A stretch of 64,000 nt of DNA from Armatimonadota bacterium (GTDB taxonomy: Bacteria; Armatimonadota; Fimbriimonadia; Fimbriimonadales; Fimbriimonadaceae). Both the position numbers and the translations under genes were made by a program. The notes beneath the pieces were generated by a model that was not told the DNA's origin, searched no databases, and was given only the letters and a program-made list of their open reading frames with translations. Each line of letters opens with the position of its first letter. Positions within the stretch are counted from its first letter, which is position 1. The DNA lies in assembly GCA_031400935.1 (NCBI GenBank), contig JANNQV010000028.1:186001-250000 (forward strand), given 5' to 3'. This document shows positions 18,920-28,292 of this stretch, one piece after another.

Positions 18920-19290
18920 GTTTTTGCGAGCATCCCTCCTTTGCGTGAGGCTCCGAGCAATCTGATTTCACGTGGTGGCCGCGGAGGAACGCAGAATAGT
19001 TCCGCGAACCTTTGCGAGCTTTGCGCCTTAGCGTGAGAATCTAATTTTGAAAACTATTGCAAGCCAAAACTTGGCTCGCGAAGACGCAAAGCGTGAATCT
19101 GCGGTTTTGGCAATGACGAGTCTATTTTACTTGTGTGTGTCAGAAATGACGCCGCGAATCTTTGCGGTCTAAATAGGAGATTTCAGTTCCAAGAATCTTT
19201 GCGAGCTTTGCGCCTTTGCGTGAGAATCCATTCGTGGAACCATTGGCAAGCTAATTTTCGGCTCTCAAAGGCGCAAAGCTCGCAAAGTAC
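18920..19290. repeat. BIME-like array of (CTTTGCGNN)3 REP units
   Basis: Forward units at 19010 and 19197; inverted units at about 19074 and 19261; higher-order period of about 187 bp. Confidence 0.8.
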
Positions 19291-19332
19291 GTATCGGCCA
19301 GAACGGCAATCGCAAATATTCGTTGAGGCGCA

Positions 19333-19358
19333 GGAACTCTTTTTCAGTATCTTGTGTT
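19333..19358 (+). promoter_or_regulatory. Putative autoregulated ECF promoter (SigR/SigH type)
   Basis: GGAAC-N18-GTT directly upstream of the ECF sigma gene. Confidence 0.6.
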
Positions 19359-19386
19359 GAACTCCCCGAAGGTACACTCCTAGCCC

Positions 19387-19953
19387 ATGCTGATCGGAAG
19401 GCGTAACGCCCGTGATGCCTTTGAACGGCAGGCTGAAATAGTGTTTCCTTCAGTTTTTGGCACCGCTTTGCGGCTAACAAAGTCGCGGGAAGATGCTGAA
19501 GACTTGGCGCAAGAGGCTATTGTGCGAGCGTATGATGCTTTTGACCGGTTCGATGGATCGAACTTCAAAGCATGGATGCTGCGAATTGTAACGAACTTGT
19601 ACATCAACAAGTACCGGCAAAGACAGCGAGGCCCACAGATCGCTTCGATTGATGATGATGCGATTTATGAACCGGCAGCTATGTCGGGTATGGAACCGGA
19701 TCATCAGGTCTTCGATGAACTTGTCGGAGAAGAAGTTGAGACAGCATTAGCGAATGTGCCGGAAGATTTTCGGCTCGCCGTATTGCTAAGTGACATTGAA
19801 GGGATGAGCTATCAAGAAATTGCCGATATAATGAACGTGCCGATAGGTACAGTCCGATCAAGATTAGCCCGAGGCAGGGCTATACTTAGACAGCAACTTT
19901 ACGAATTTGCAAAGCAAGAAGGGTACGTGAGAGAAGAGAGCAAAAATGACTGA
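19387..19953 (+). CDS. ECF sigma-70 factor
   Basis: DAEDLAQE, NFKAWMLRI, SYQEIADIMNVPIGTVRSRLARGR. Confidence 0.95.
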   Translation: MLIGRRNARDAFERQAEIVFPSVFGTALRLTKSREDAEDLAQEAIVRAYDAFDRFDGSNFKAWMLRIVTNLYINKYRQRQRGPQIASIDDDAIYEPAAMSGMEPDHQVFDELVGEEVETALANVPEDFRLAVLLSDIEGMSYQEIADIMNVPIGTVRSRLARGRAILRQQLYEFAKQEGYVREESKND

Positions 19954-20686
19954 TTACACCATTCTCCATGCCCTAGCAGACGGTGAGCTTAGCGGCCCAG
20001 ACAAGGCCACAGCCGAAGAGTTATTGCGAACCGATCCTATCGCGAACGCCGAGTTTCAAGCTACTGTTGCGATCAAGAAGACCATCGCATCCAAAAATCA
20101 AATTCACGTTGACCCAAAGAGCTGGCAAGCTGCAGTCGGTCGCATCAGCGAACTCGACAAACGTAAGAAGGCCGAAGGATTTGTCGGAAAATATGCCTGG
20201 GGAATGTGCACAATCATTTTTGCACTGATCCTCAGCACTGGGCTTATGCGGCACTTTAAAGGGAGCCCTGTTGGCACCGGAGACATCGCACAATACGCAG
20301 CAGCTCTACAACCATTTAGCCGCGACGTAAAGAATACCGGGCAAGACATGCGATCCTGGATTCGAGATGTGTCGTACGGTGCACCAATCCAAATTGATCC
20401 CGGATTCATGACGGTTCATCGCTATGCGCAGCGTATCGAGGAAAACCGAAGCACTACCTTTCTTCTGTGTTCAGATAGCATCGGCCCGATGACTCTAATC
20501 GTCGTGAAAGGCGCAAATGGAATTTCAGGCGCTGAGCAAATGGCCAAGCAGGGAAATTATCTGATCGGACAGATCGGAAACTCAAATTGCATTTGCTGGA
20601 GCGATTCGGGGTTTGTGATTACTCTGTTCGGAAACCGTCCTTACGAAGCATTAGCAAAAGTCGCTGAAGGCATCGCGCTTCGCTAG
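19946..20686 (+). CDS. Membrane-bound anti-sigma factor (non-ZAS)
   Basis: Overlaps the sigma gene; LHALADGEL anti-sigma N-terminus without HxxxCxxC; one TM segment and an extracytoplasmic domain. Confidence 0.75.
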   Translation: MTDYTILHALADGELSGPDKATAEELLRTDPIANAEFQATVAIKKTIASKNQIHVDPKSWQAAVGRISELDKRKKAEGFVGKYAWGMCTIIFALILSTGLMRHFKGSPVGTGDIAQYAAALQPFSRDVKNTGQDMRSWIRDVSYGAPIQIDPGFMTVHRYAQRIEENRSTTFLLCSDSIGPMTLIVVKGANGISGAEQMAKQGNYLIGQIGNSNCICWSDSGFVITLFGNRPYEALAKVAEGIALR

Positions 20687-20864
20687 CGGGCGTTTCCTTG
20701 GGAAGGGCCCTGTAAAATGATCAATTGGGGCGGAAGTAAATGTTAAACTGGTAGTCACGCTTGCGTCTCCTAATGACCTAATGATCCGATTCATCCAAGT
20801 CACCCATTTCACGAGGCATTCGTCCCGAATCTGAATTACGTTCTGGTATCCTTTTAGTTCGCTC

Positions 20865-20940
20865 AGGGGTATAGCTCAGTTGGTAGAGCGACGGTCTCCA
20901 AAACCGTAGGTCGCGGGTTCGATCCCTGCTGCCCCTGCCA
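20865..20940 (+). tRNA. tRNA-Trp(CCA)
   Basis: 76-nt cloverleaf; anticodon arm ACGGT-CTCCAAA-ACCGT; GGTTCGATC T-loop; encoded 3' CCA. Confidence 0.97.
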
Positions 20941-21164
20941 GTAAATTGAATCTAAAATTGCCAAATTTGGCCCTCTCACTGAATAGTCATTTTTAGATTT
21001 GTGTGCCTATAGTGTGCCGCTTTTTCCACAATGGGCCAAAAATTCAAAGGGTCTGAGCGGCCATTTGAACCATGAGTACACACCTCTTCATGGGTATATT
21101 CAATGTGTCGTTATACAAAACAGGTCGAACGCAATACTGGTGATCCCTGCAATGCGGCAACGGT

Positions 21165-21900
21165 ATGGAAAGTCGAATAAGACCGGCAATCGAGGACCAG
21201 TTCGGTCCCATACTCCTCGTTACAGAAACTTCAAGCCCGAATCCAGAGGATATTGAAAACCTTCTAGGTATCGATAAATTTGTTGTTTGCGATTTTTACA
21301 TTCAAGGCTGTGAAGAGTGGCCAAAAGAAAAGTGGGGCTACTAGCGAAACGGCATTTCCGTGATTGATCACCATGCCCCAGACAAGCGGTGGGAACGCCG
21401 AATCAGCAGCGGCAATCTTTCAAGGCGCTTTGTAGAGATAAGAGGAAGCTGCAAACTCGCAGTTATCAACCACACAGCTTGCGACAGCATCCTCTCCGCT
21501 GGAATCGCAACTGGAATTCTTGAGCCGTCGGATGCATATGACAAGGCGGTAATTGCCGCAGATCATACTTGCAGAGAAAACCAAATTGCAGATCTGCTTC
21601 AATCCATAACTGCCGAGCGCAACTTAGCGCTGTTCTTCGAATGCCTCAAAGACTTGGAGCAAGGCACTCCGATTCCGGAGCGGGCTAGAAACGTTCTCGA
21701 AGATCGAAGTCAAGAACGGCTCCTCGCAATGCAACTGGTGAGCAAGCGGCTGGTCGAGCGGGGAAAGCTCGCCTGCTTTGAATTTTAAACAAGAATTGAA
21801 GGAGAGCTCGTTTCTCCATTTGTTCCACGTTCATGGGCTGTTGTTGGCCCAAAGTTTCGATACCTAACTTGCGCTCGCATCACAAGGCTGCCAGGCTGAA
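21165..21900 (+). pseudogene. Interrupted DHH-like protein gene
   Basis: Frame from ATG 21165 has in-frame TAG (21342) and TAA (21786); contains VCDFY, IDHHAP and NHTACDS motifs. Confidence 0.65.
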
Positions 21901-21948
21901 TGAACCAATTCGGTGAAATCCCTGTTCAAATTGGGATAGAGTCTTCGA

Positions 21949-24708
21949 ATGTTGTGCTTAATCCTGCTAACGACCTTCTTGTCGCAAGCGCACCCAGTGG
22001 CCATGCCGCTGACAATGTCCACCTTGGTGGCGGCTGATCTACGGTGCGAGTATCAAGTGAACCCTATTGGGATAGATGCCGCGCGACCTCGGCTGGGTTG
22101 GAAGCTCATTGGTTCAGGCGACATCCGCGGTAGGCAGCAAAGCGCATTCCGCATCCTTGTCGCGAGCTCTTCAAAGCTCCTGGAGCAGAACACGGGCGAC
22201 CTTTGGGATAGCCAAAAGGTGGCTAGCGCCGAACAAAACCAGATTGGCTATTCTGGCGATGCGCTGAAGTCCTTGCAGGCATGTTATTGGAAAGTGCAGG
22301 TCTGGGAAGGCAAGACGCCGGGGGATTGGAGCAAGCCAAGTCGTTGGGAGATGGGGATATTAAAGCCAAACGACTGGGTCGGCAAGTGGATCAATGACGG
22401 CAAAGAGAACCCGAAATCGGATGCCGAGTTCTATGCTGACGATCCCGCGCCACTCTTCCGGAAGGAGTTCGCCGTGCAAAAGCCAGTCGCTAGGGCGCGG
22501 GTGGCGATATCTGGTCTTGGTTTTTACGAAGCAACGCTGAACGGCATTCGGATCGGGGATCATGTGCTCGATCCCGGCTGGACGAGGTTCGAGAAGCGGG
22601 TCGAATACAACATCTACGACGTGACCGCGCTGATAGCACTAGGAGACAACTGCCTGGGGCTCCAACTCGGAAACGGCTGGTTCAACCCGCTGCCGCTCAA
22701 GCTGTTCGGCAGCTTCAACCTCCGCGAGCACCTAGCGGTTGGACGACCGCGAGTCATCGCCCAACTGAGAATTCAGTATCGCGACGGCTCGGTGAAAACA
22801 ATTGCAACGGACCAGACCTGGAGGGCCGGCGAGAGCGCGATCCGCCGGAACAACATTTATCTCGGCGAGTGGGTTGACGCCCGAAAGGAGCCGCAGAGAT
22901 GGGACAAGCCGGGGTTCGACGACTCGAAGTGGCGCGCTCCAGGGCTTGCACAGGAAAGTCTTGGCCAGCTCGTCGCGCCATCTCAACCTCCGATCCGGGT
23001 CACGGCGAGATGGAACGCGGTGAAGGTTCGCGAGCAAAGGACTGGGGCCTATATCTACGACTTAGGTGTCAATTTTTCTGGATGGCTCAGCCTCAAGCTT
23101 AACGTTCCCAGGGGTACGGAAATCCATCTGCGTTACGGCGAACTCCTCTACCCGGATGGTGCCCTGAATCCAATGACGAGCGTCGCGGGGCAGATCAAGG
23201 GCTTCCGGCAAGGCACAAAGGAGAGCGTTGGCGGGCCAGGAGCGCCAGAGATTGCCTGGCAGGCCGACACCTACATCGCCCGTGGCGGCGGAGAAATGTA
23301 CACGCCGCGGTTCACCTTCCACGCGTTTCGTTATCTCGAGATCACTGGCTTGCCCGCGCAGCTTCCGCTTTCATCGGTGACAGCTTCACGACTGAACTCG
23401 GATGTCGAAGAGGTCGGTTCGTTCGAGTGCTCGAACCCGATGCTCAACGAGATCCAAGCCATGTGCCGACGCACGTTCTTGTCGAACATCTTCAGCGTCC
23501 AGTCGGACTGCCCCCACCGGGAGCGGCTGGGCTATGGCGGCGACATCGTCGCGACGAGCGAAGCATTCATGGCGAACTTCGCCATGTCCGGCTTCTATAG
23601 AAAAGCTGTGCGCGACTGGTCCGATAGTGCTCTGGCGGATGGCATGTTCACCGACACTTCGCCTTTCATCGGTATTCAATACTGCGGCGTTATCTGGGCG
23701 CTGGCACACCCGCTTCTGATCGACCAGCTCTACCGGCATTACGGTGATCGAAGGATAGGCGAGGAAGAGTACGCGGCCGCCAAGCGCTGGCTGAACCTGA
23801 TCGAGAAGAAGTATCCAAACGGCATCGTGACCGATGGTCTGAGCGACCACGAGGGTTTGGCGCCCGCCCCCGCTGACGCGATGGTGACACCAATGTACTT
23901 CTTCAGTGCAAAGCTCCTAGCCGCGCAAGCATTGAGGCTTAACCTTCGCACGGATGAATCTCATTACAAGCAACTTGCCGAGAAGATCCGTGGCGCGTAC
24001 CTCGCCAAGTTCGTGGACCCTGTCAATGGAAAGGTGGGGCCGGGAACACAGGCAAGCCAGTCGTTCGCGCTCTACACCGGCATCGTGACGGAGTCATTGC
24101 GCCCCAGAGTGTTCGCATATCTTGTGCGGGATATTGAGAACCACAGTAACCACCTCACCACGGGAATTCTTGGAACAAAGTTCATGCTGGACGTGCTTTC
24201 CAGAAACGGACGAGGCGACCTTGCCTACGCTATCGTGACTCAGCCAGATTTCCCAGGATGGGGTTGGATGCTGAAGAACGGTGCCACGACACTATGGGAG
24301 CATTGGGAGTTCAGCGACAACACATATTCGCATAATCACCCCATGTTTGGTTCCGTGAGCCAATGGATGATGAACTGGCTGGGAGGCATTCAACCAGCCG
24401 TGAACTCGGTTGGTTTCGACCAGATCGTGATTCATCCGCAAACGCCCAAGGGCCTTAACTGGGTCAGGTCGAGCTACAAGAGCATCCGCGGGAAGATTGT
24501 CAGCAACTGGATTCAGCAAGGAAAGGTCCTCAAGTTCGAGTTCGTAATTCCCATAAACTCGCGGGCTCGCATCTATTTGCCAGCAGAGTCGGCTGAGGAC
24601 ATTACTGAGGGCGGGCAGCCTTTAACGAGAATCCATCAAACAAAAGATCATTTGGTGAACTTTGCTGTCGGGTCGGGCCACTACTCCTTCGCGGTTCGAC
24701 GCCGATAG
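21949..24708 (+). CDS. Alpha-L-rhamnosidase (GH78)
   Basis: LRCEY..NPIGID, RFTFHAFRY, SDCPHRERLGYGGD, GATTLWEHW, SHNHPMFG. Confidence 0.93.
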   Translation: MLCLILLTTFLSQAHPVAMPLTMSTLVAADLRCEYQVNPIGIDAARPRLGWKLIGSGDIRGRQQSAFRILVASSSKLLEQNTGDLWDSQKVASAEQNQIGYSGDALKSLQACYWKVQVWEGKTPGDWSKPSRWEMGILKPNDWVGKWINDGKENPKSDAEFYADDPAPLFRKEFAVQKPVARARVAISGLGFYEATLNGIRIGDHVLDPGWTRFEKRVEYNIYDVTALIALGDNCLGLQLGNGWFNPLPLKLFGSFNLREHLAVGRPRVIAQLRIQYRDGSVKTIATDQTWRAGESAIRRNNIYLGEWVDARKEPQRWDKPGFDDSKWRAPGLAQESLGQLVAPSQPPIRVTARWNAVKVREQRTGAYIYDLGVNFSGWLSLKLNVPRGTEIHLRYGELLYPDGALNPMTSVAGQIKGFRQGTKESVGGPGAPEIAWQADTYIARGGGEMYTPRFTFHAFRYLEITGLPAQLPLSSVTASRLNSDVEEVGSFECSNPMLNEIQAMCRRTFLSNIFSVQSDCPHRERLGYGGDIVATSEAFMANFAMSGFYRKAVRDWSDSALADGMFTDTSPFIGIQYCGVIWALAHPLLIDQLYRHYGDRRIGEEEYAAAKRWLNLIEKKYPNGIVTDGLSDHEGLAPAPADAMVTPMYFFSAKLLAAQALRLNLRTDESHYKQLAEKIRGAYLAKFVDPVNGKVGPGTQASQSFALYTGIVTESLRPRVFAYLVRDIENHSNHLTTGILGTKFMLDVLSRNGRGDLAYAIVTQPDFPGWGWMLKNGATTLWEHWEFSDNTYSHNHPMFGSVSQWMMNWLGGIQPAVNSVGFDQIVIHPQTPKGLNWVRSSYKSIRGKIVSNWIQQGKVLKFEFVIPINSRARIYLPAESAEDITEGGQPLTRIHQTKDHLVNFAVGSGHYSFAVRRR

Positions 24709-24758
24709 CTTTCACTTCACCGCCCAGCTACGCAGATGTCTGACCGCTTGTCATCTTG

Positions 24759-26387
24759 CTACCTGAAAGTCTGGCGCGTTACGATCGGCACATAGCCAAC
24801 TCCGAGTCCTCGGGGTAGCTTGACCAGCAATGCGGGATCAAGGGACGCCAGAACTCCCTTTGTGGGAGAGGCCATGTATTCCCTTTTGGGAGTCCATTGA
24901 GCGTGAATTTTCTCTACGATCCGTTGGAGCCGAGCTTTCTCCTCTGGGCTCAGATCGGCATCCTGCAAGGACGGCTGGTCAACAAATCGGTACCAGTAGT
25001 AGGTCGCCACGCTCCCATCGGATAGATTTGCAGTGAATGGTCCTGCTTTGGGACCGGGCTTGTGCCAAACATCGTTCGGTCCTGGCGGCGAAATGTAGGT
25101 TTGACCGCCGCGCGGTGGCAAGAAATTAGCTGCTACCAGCCGAGTCTCGCTTGGGATGACCCGCTGCGTAATCGCATGCAATACCTTACCGTCCTGCCGG
25201 AAGTACTCTGGGAAGGACCCCCGCTTCGTCGTACCCTTCCAAGGCTCCATTGCGCTCTGCTTCCATCGGAGCCCGAACGTATTCGAGCTAAGCGTTGCGG
25301 TCTCCACCCAGTTTTCGATGCCGTGGATTGGAGAGTTATCAGAACCTTGCCGTACTGTCAGTGGACGGGCTCGAACAGTAGGGACACTCGCCCCTTTCAT
25401 GTCAAATTTCCCCGTTGGAATATCTCCACCAGCGATCCAATGTTCGACTTGGCTATAGAGCGCATCCTTGGAGTAATGGGTTAGCTGATGAATCAATATG
25501 GTATGCCCATCTTTGTCAACGGGAAACTGCAACTTGGGAATCTTGGTAAACGTTCCTCCGTTTGCATCTTTGGCAAGGAAGCTGGGGACTGTGTTTACTT
25601 CGATTGCTCCCCCCGTGACCAGTCCAGGCCGAGCATCCAGTCCACGTGCTACAGCAGGCGGATGAATGCGGGAGATTCGGCTCCATGTGGCAGGAGTATA
25701 AAAGGCAACCGGTCCCCTGAAGTTGGTGGTGTTGAGGAACATCGTCCAGGATTGATTCCCAGTAGGAACCTGCAACCCCGCCGTGGTCGTCTTCGCTTCT
25801 GTCAACGGCAATGCCATCCAAGCGTAACCAAGAAGTTCGCCGCAGGTCCCTGGGCGAAAGGTCAGCCCGTCGGGAGGTACGAGCAGGCATGGGCTGAGTT
25901 GGGCAATTCCCATTTGATCGGACTTCAATGCTCGCGTATCTCCAAAGCCCCAGCCAGGCGACGAAATTTCGTGGTTGTATCCGTTCGCGGTACCGTTCAT
26001 GCGGAACTTGGCAGTCGTGGACCCGAACCGAGTGCTGGCCCAAAATCCTAGCCCGCCCTCGATGGTCTGAAAAACATCCCGGTAGCTCGGCCCTCGCTCA
26101 GGCCAGTTATCCCGAGCGACCGTGCCTTTAGGCAAAAGGGGCCAGTCGACCTTGCGATTTTCGGGAACGATCCAGATTGAGGCAAGCCCGATTTGGAAAT
26201 CGCGGAGGGGCTTGTCGAGCAATGGCCAAGCCGTAGCGTACAGGCTCACGCCATAACTGTAAACTTCAGACGGTTCGGTCACGCTCATGCTGATGTAGCC
26301 CGCCAATCCCTGCGACTTGAGTTGAGGTTCCTGAGAGGCTCCCCAGCCCATCGAATAGTCCAATACAAATACGGTTGCTAATATCAT
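24759..26387 (-). CDS. Secreted hypothetical protein (542 aa)
   Basis: Long Trp/Gly-rich ORF starting 6 bp after the GH29 stop; FQTIEGGLGFW and YYWYRFVDQP segments. Confidence 0.8.
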   Translation of the reverse strand: MILATVFVLDYSMGWGASQEPQLKSQGLAGYISMSVTEPSEVYSYGVSLYATAWPLLDKPLRDFQIGLASIWIVPENRKVDWPLLPKGTVARDNWPERGPSYRDVFQTIEGGLGFWASTRFGSTTAKFRMNGTANGYNHEISSPGWGFGDTRALKSDQMGIAQLSPCLLVPPDGLTFRPGTCGELLGYAWMALPLTEAKTTTAGLQVPTGNQSWTMFLNTTNFRGPVAFYTPATWSRISRIHPPAVARGLDARPGLVTGGAIEVNTVPSFLAKDANGGTFTKIPKLQFPVDKDGHTILIHQLTHYSKDALYSQVEHWIAGGDIPTGKFDMKGASVPTVRARPLTVRQGSDNSPIHGIENWVETATLSSNTFGLRWKQSAMEPWKGTTKRGSFPEYFRQDGKVLHAITQRVIPSETRLVAANFLPPRGGQTYISPPGPNDVWHKPGPKAGPFTANLSDGSVATYYWYRFVDQPSLQDADLSPEEKARLQRIVEKIHAQWTPKREYMASPTKGVLASLDPALLVKLPRGLGVGYVPIVTRQTFR

Positions 26388-26393
26388 CTCAAA

Positions 26394-28109
26394 TCACTCC
26401 ACCGTCTTCATTTGGATCTCACGCAGGTTCATCGGCTTCCAGGCCTCGGCGACTGCACGGACCACAAGGGTGTTCTTCCCAGCCACGACCGGAAACGTGC
26501 CCAGGTCCACAGATCGGTAGGAATCGTACGAACCTGTGTTCGGGGACTCATATCGCTTCGTATTGTTGCCCAGCGTGATCGTGAATGCTGCTGTGACAGG
26601 CGCGGCGATCTCCGTGGTCAAACTCACGGTGCCCGCCCGTGCCGCCGTGAACGTCCACTCCGCGTAATCCCTCGGTTCCGTCCAGAAGCCGAGGTTGGGC
26701 TTTCCGCCGCGCTCTTCGGACTGAAGGCCGCCGTGCAACGTTGCGTCTTCGGGTTTTAAGGCGAGTGAGATGCCGAGCTTCAGGGTCAACTCAGGCTGGT
26801 TGATCTCGATTCCGCCCTTCACCACCAGAACGACCGTCGTTGAAACCTTGTCTGGCGCCTGTGCCGGCACGTCGATCTCAAGGCCATCCTTCGTGCTCCT
26901 CCAAATGAGTTTCTTCCCCCCGACCAATAGAGACGCGGAACCCACGTTGTTCTTCAGTCCGGGCACTAGCAGTTTGCCGTTCATGGGCCAATCGAAGACG
27001 TGGAGGTAGAGGGTGGCGCCGTCCTTTCCTAGAACCTTTGTGCTGCGGCCCCAGGGGAGCTTCTTGAACGGGCTAGCAGACGTGGCGTAAATGGCGGATC
27101 TGTTCCTCTTCATCCAAGCGCCGACCGTAGCAAGGCGTTCGACCGAAGGCGCCGGGATCTCGCCCAGCGACGTGGGTCCGACGTTTAACAGGAAGTTCCC
27201 GCCTTTGCTGGCAATGTCCACAAGAGTACGAATCAGGTTTTCGCTCGACTTCCAGTTGTGGTCAGTGCTCTTGAAGCCCCACGTGTCGTTCATCGTCATG
27301 CAGGTTTCCCAATCGCGTCCCGGATATCCGGTCGCCGGGACGAACTGCTCCGGCGTTTCCGTGTCGCCTTGGTATTGCCCAAGGCGGTTGTTGTAAATGA
27401 TGCCAGGCTGGAGTTTGAGGATAGGAAGCAGCAGGTCGGCGCGCTCCTTGGTCATCTCGTAGGGTGTGTCCCACCAAAGCACCGAGACCTTCCCGTACTT
27501 CGTGAGAATTTCCTTGACTTGCGGCACGGCGACCTTCTTAATATATTCAGTCATGTCGCGGTCTTGTTTCGGGTCCCAGTGTCCGCCCGCTGCCGAGCCG
27601 CCATTGTTCCAGTCTTGCGCTTGACTATAGTAGAAACCGAGCCGAATGCCATGCTTCTGGCAAGCCTTGGCAAGCTCTGCGAGCGGATCGCGTCCGAATG
27701 GCGTCGCCTTCACTATGTTCCAGTCCGAGGCCCTCGAGTCGAACATCGCGAAGCCATCATGGTGCTTGCTAGTGATTACGATGTATTTCATTCCGGCGTT
27801 CTTGGCAATCCGAACCCACTTGTCGGCGTCGTACTTGACCGGGTTGAACTCTCTGGCATAGGCACGGTAGCGGTCAACGGGAATCTTCCCTTGATGCATG
27901 ATCCACTCGCCGATCCCCCCAATCTCCTTGCCGTCGTAGACTCCTGCGGGTACCGAGTAGACGCCCCAGTGGATGAACATTCCAAAGCGCGCTTCTCGGA
28001 ACCATTTCATCCGACTATCTCGTTGAGTGGTCGTCTCAAATGCATGCGGGTCCGGGCTCGCCTGAGAGTGCATTGCAGAAAGAACGGAAAGGGCGATGAG
28101 CAGGCTCAT
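26394..28109 (-). CDS. Alpha-L-fucosidase (GH29) with a C-terminal CBM6/35-like module
   Basis: ARFGMFIHWG, ITSKHHDGF, WWD nucleophile, WETCMTMN, NFLLNVGP. Confidence 0.93.
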   Translation of the reverse strand: MSLLIALSVLSAMHSQASPDPHAFETTTQRDSRMKWFREARFGMFIHWGVYSVPAGVYDGKEIGGIGEWIMHQGKIPVDRYRAYAREFNPVKYDADKWVRIAKNAGMKYIVITSKHHDGFAMFDSRASDWNIVKATPFGRDPLAELAKACQKHGIRLGFYYSQAQDWNNGGSAAGGHWDPKQDRDMTEYIKKVAVPQVKEILTKYGKVSVLWWDTPYEMTKERADLLLPILKLQPGIIYNNRLGQYQGDTETPEQFVPATGYPGRDWETCMTMNDTWGFKSTDHNWKSSENLIRTLVDIASKGGNFLLNVGPTSLGEIPAPSVERLATVGAWMKRNRSAIYATSASPFKKLPWGRSTKVLGKDGATLYLHVFDWPMNGKLLVPGLKNNVGSASLLVGGKKLIWRSTKDGLEIDVPAQAPDKVSTTVVLVVKGGIEINQPELTLKLGISLALKPEDATLHGGLQSEERGGKPNLGFWTEPRDYAEWTFTAARAGTVSLTTEIAAPVTAAFTITLGNNTKRYESPNTGSYDSYRSVDLGTFPVVAGKNTLVVRAVAEAWKPMNLREIQMKTVE

Positions 28110-28292
28110 ATCAATACGCTACCCGAAACTGGAGGGATTCCTTGCGCGGCCTGGTGGACAGATCAATCTCCACAGTTTGTAGTCAGCCTTGCGTCAGCAA
28201 CTTATGCGCGGCATTTCGGTACAGAGGCGGAATGTTCGAATCGTGTCCTCCAACCTCTACCAAAACTTCTAGTCATTCACTACCCGTGCTCG

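Noticed and set aside
18920..19290. Possible CRISPR array
   Set aside because: Repeats alternate in orientation, spacers are related and irregular, and there are no cas genes.
21342..21344. Pyrrolysine or amber readthrough at the in-frame TAG
   Set aside because: The same frame also has a TAA and no pyl genes are seen; pseudogenisation is simpler.
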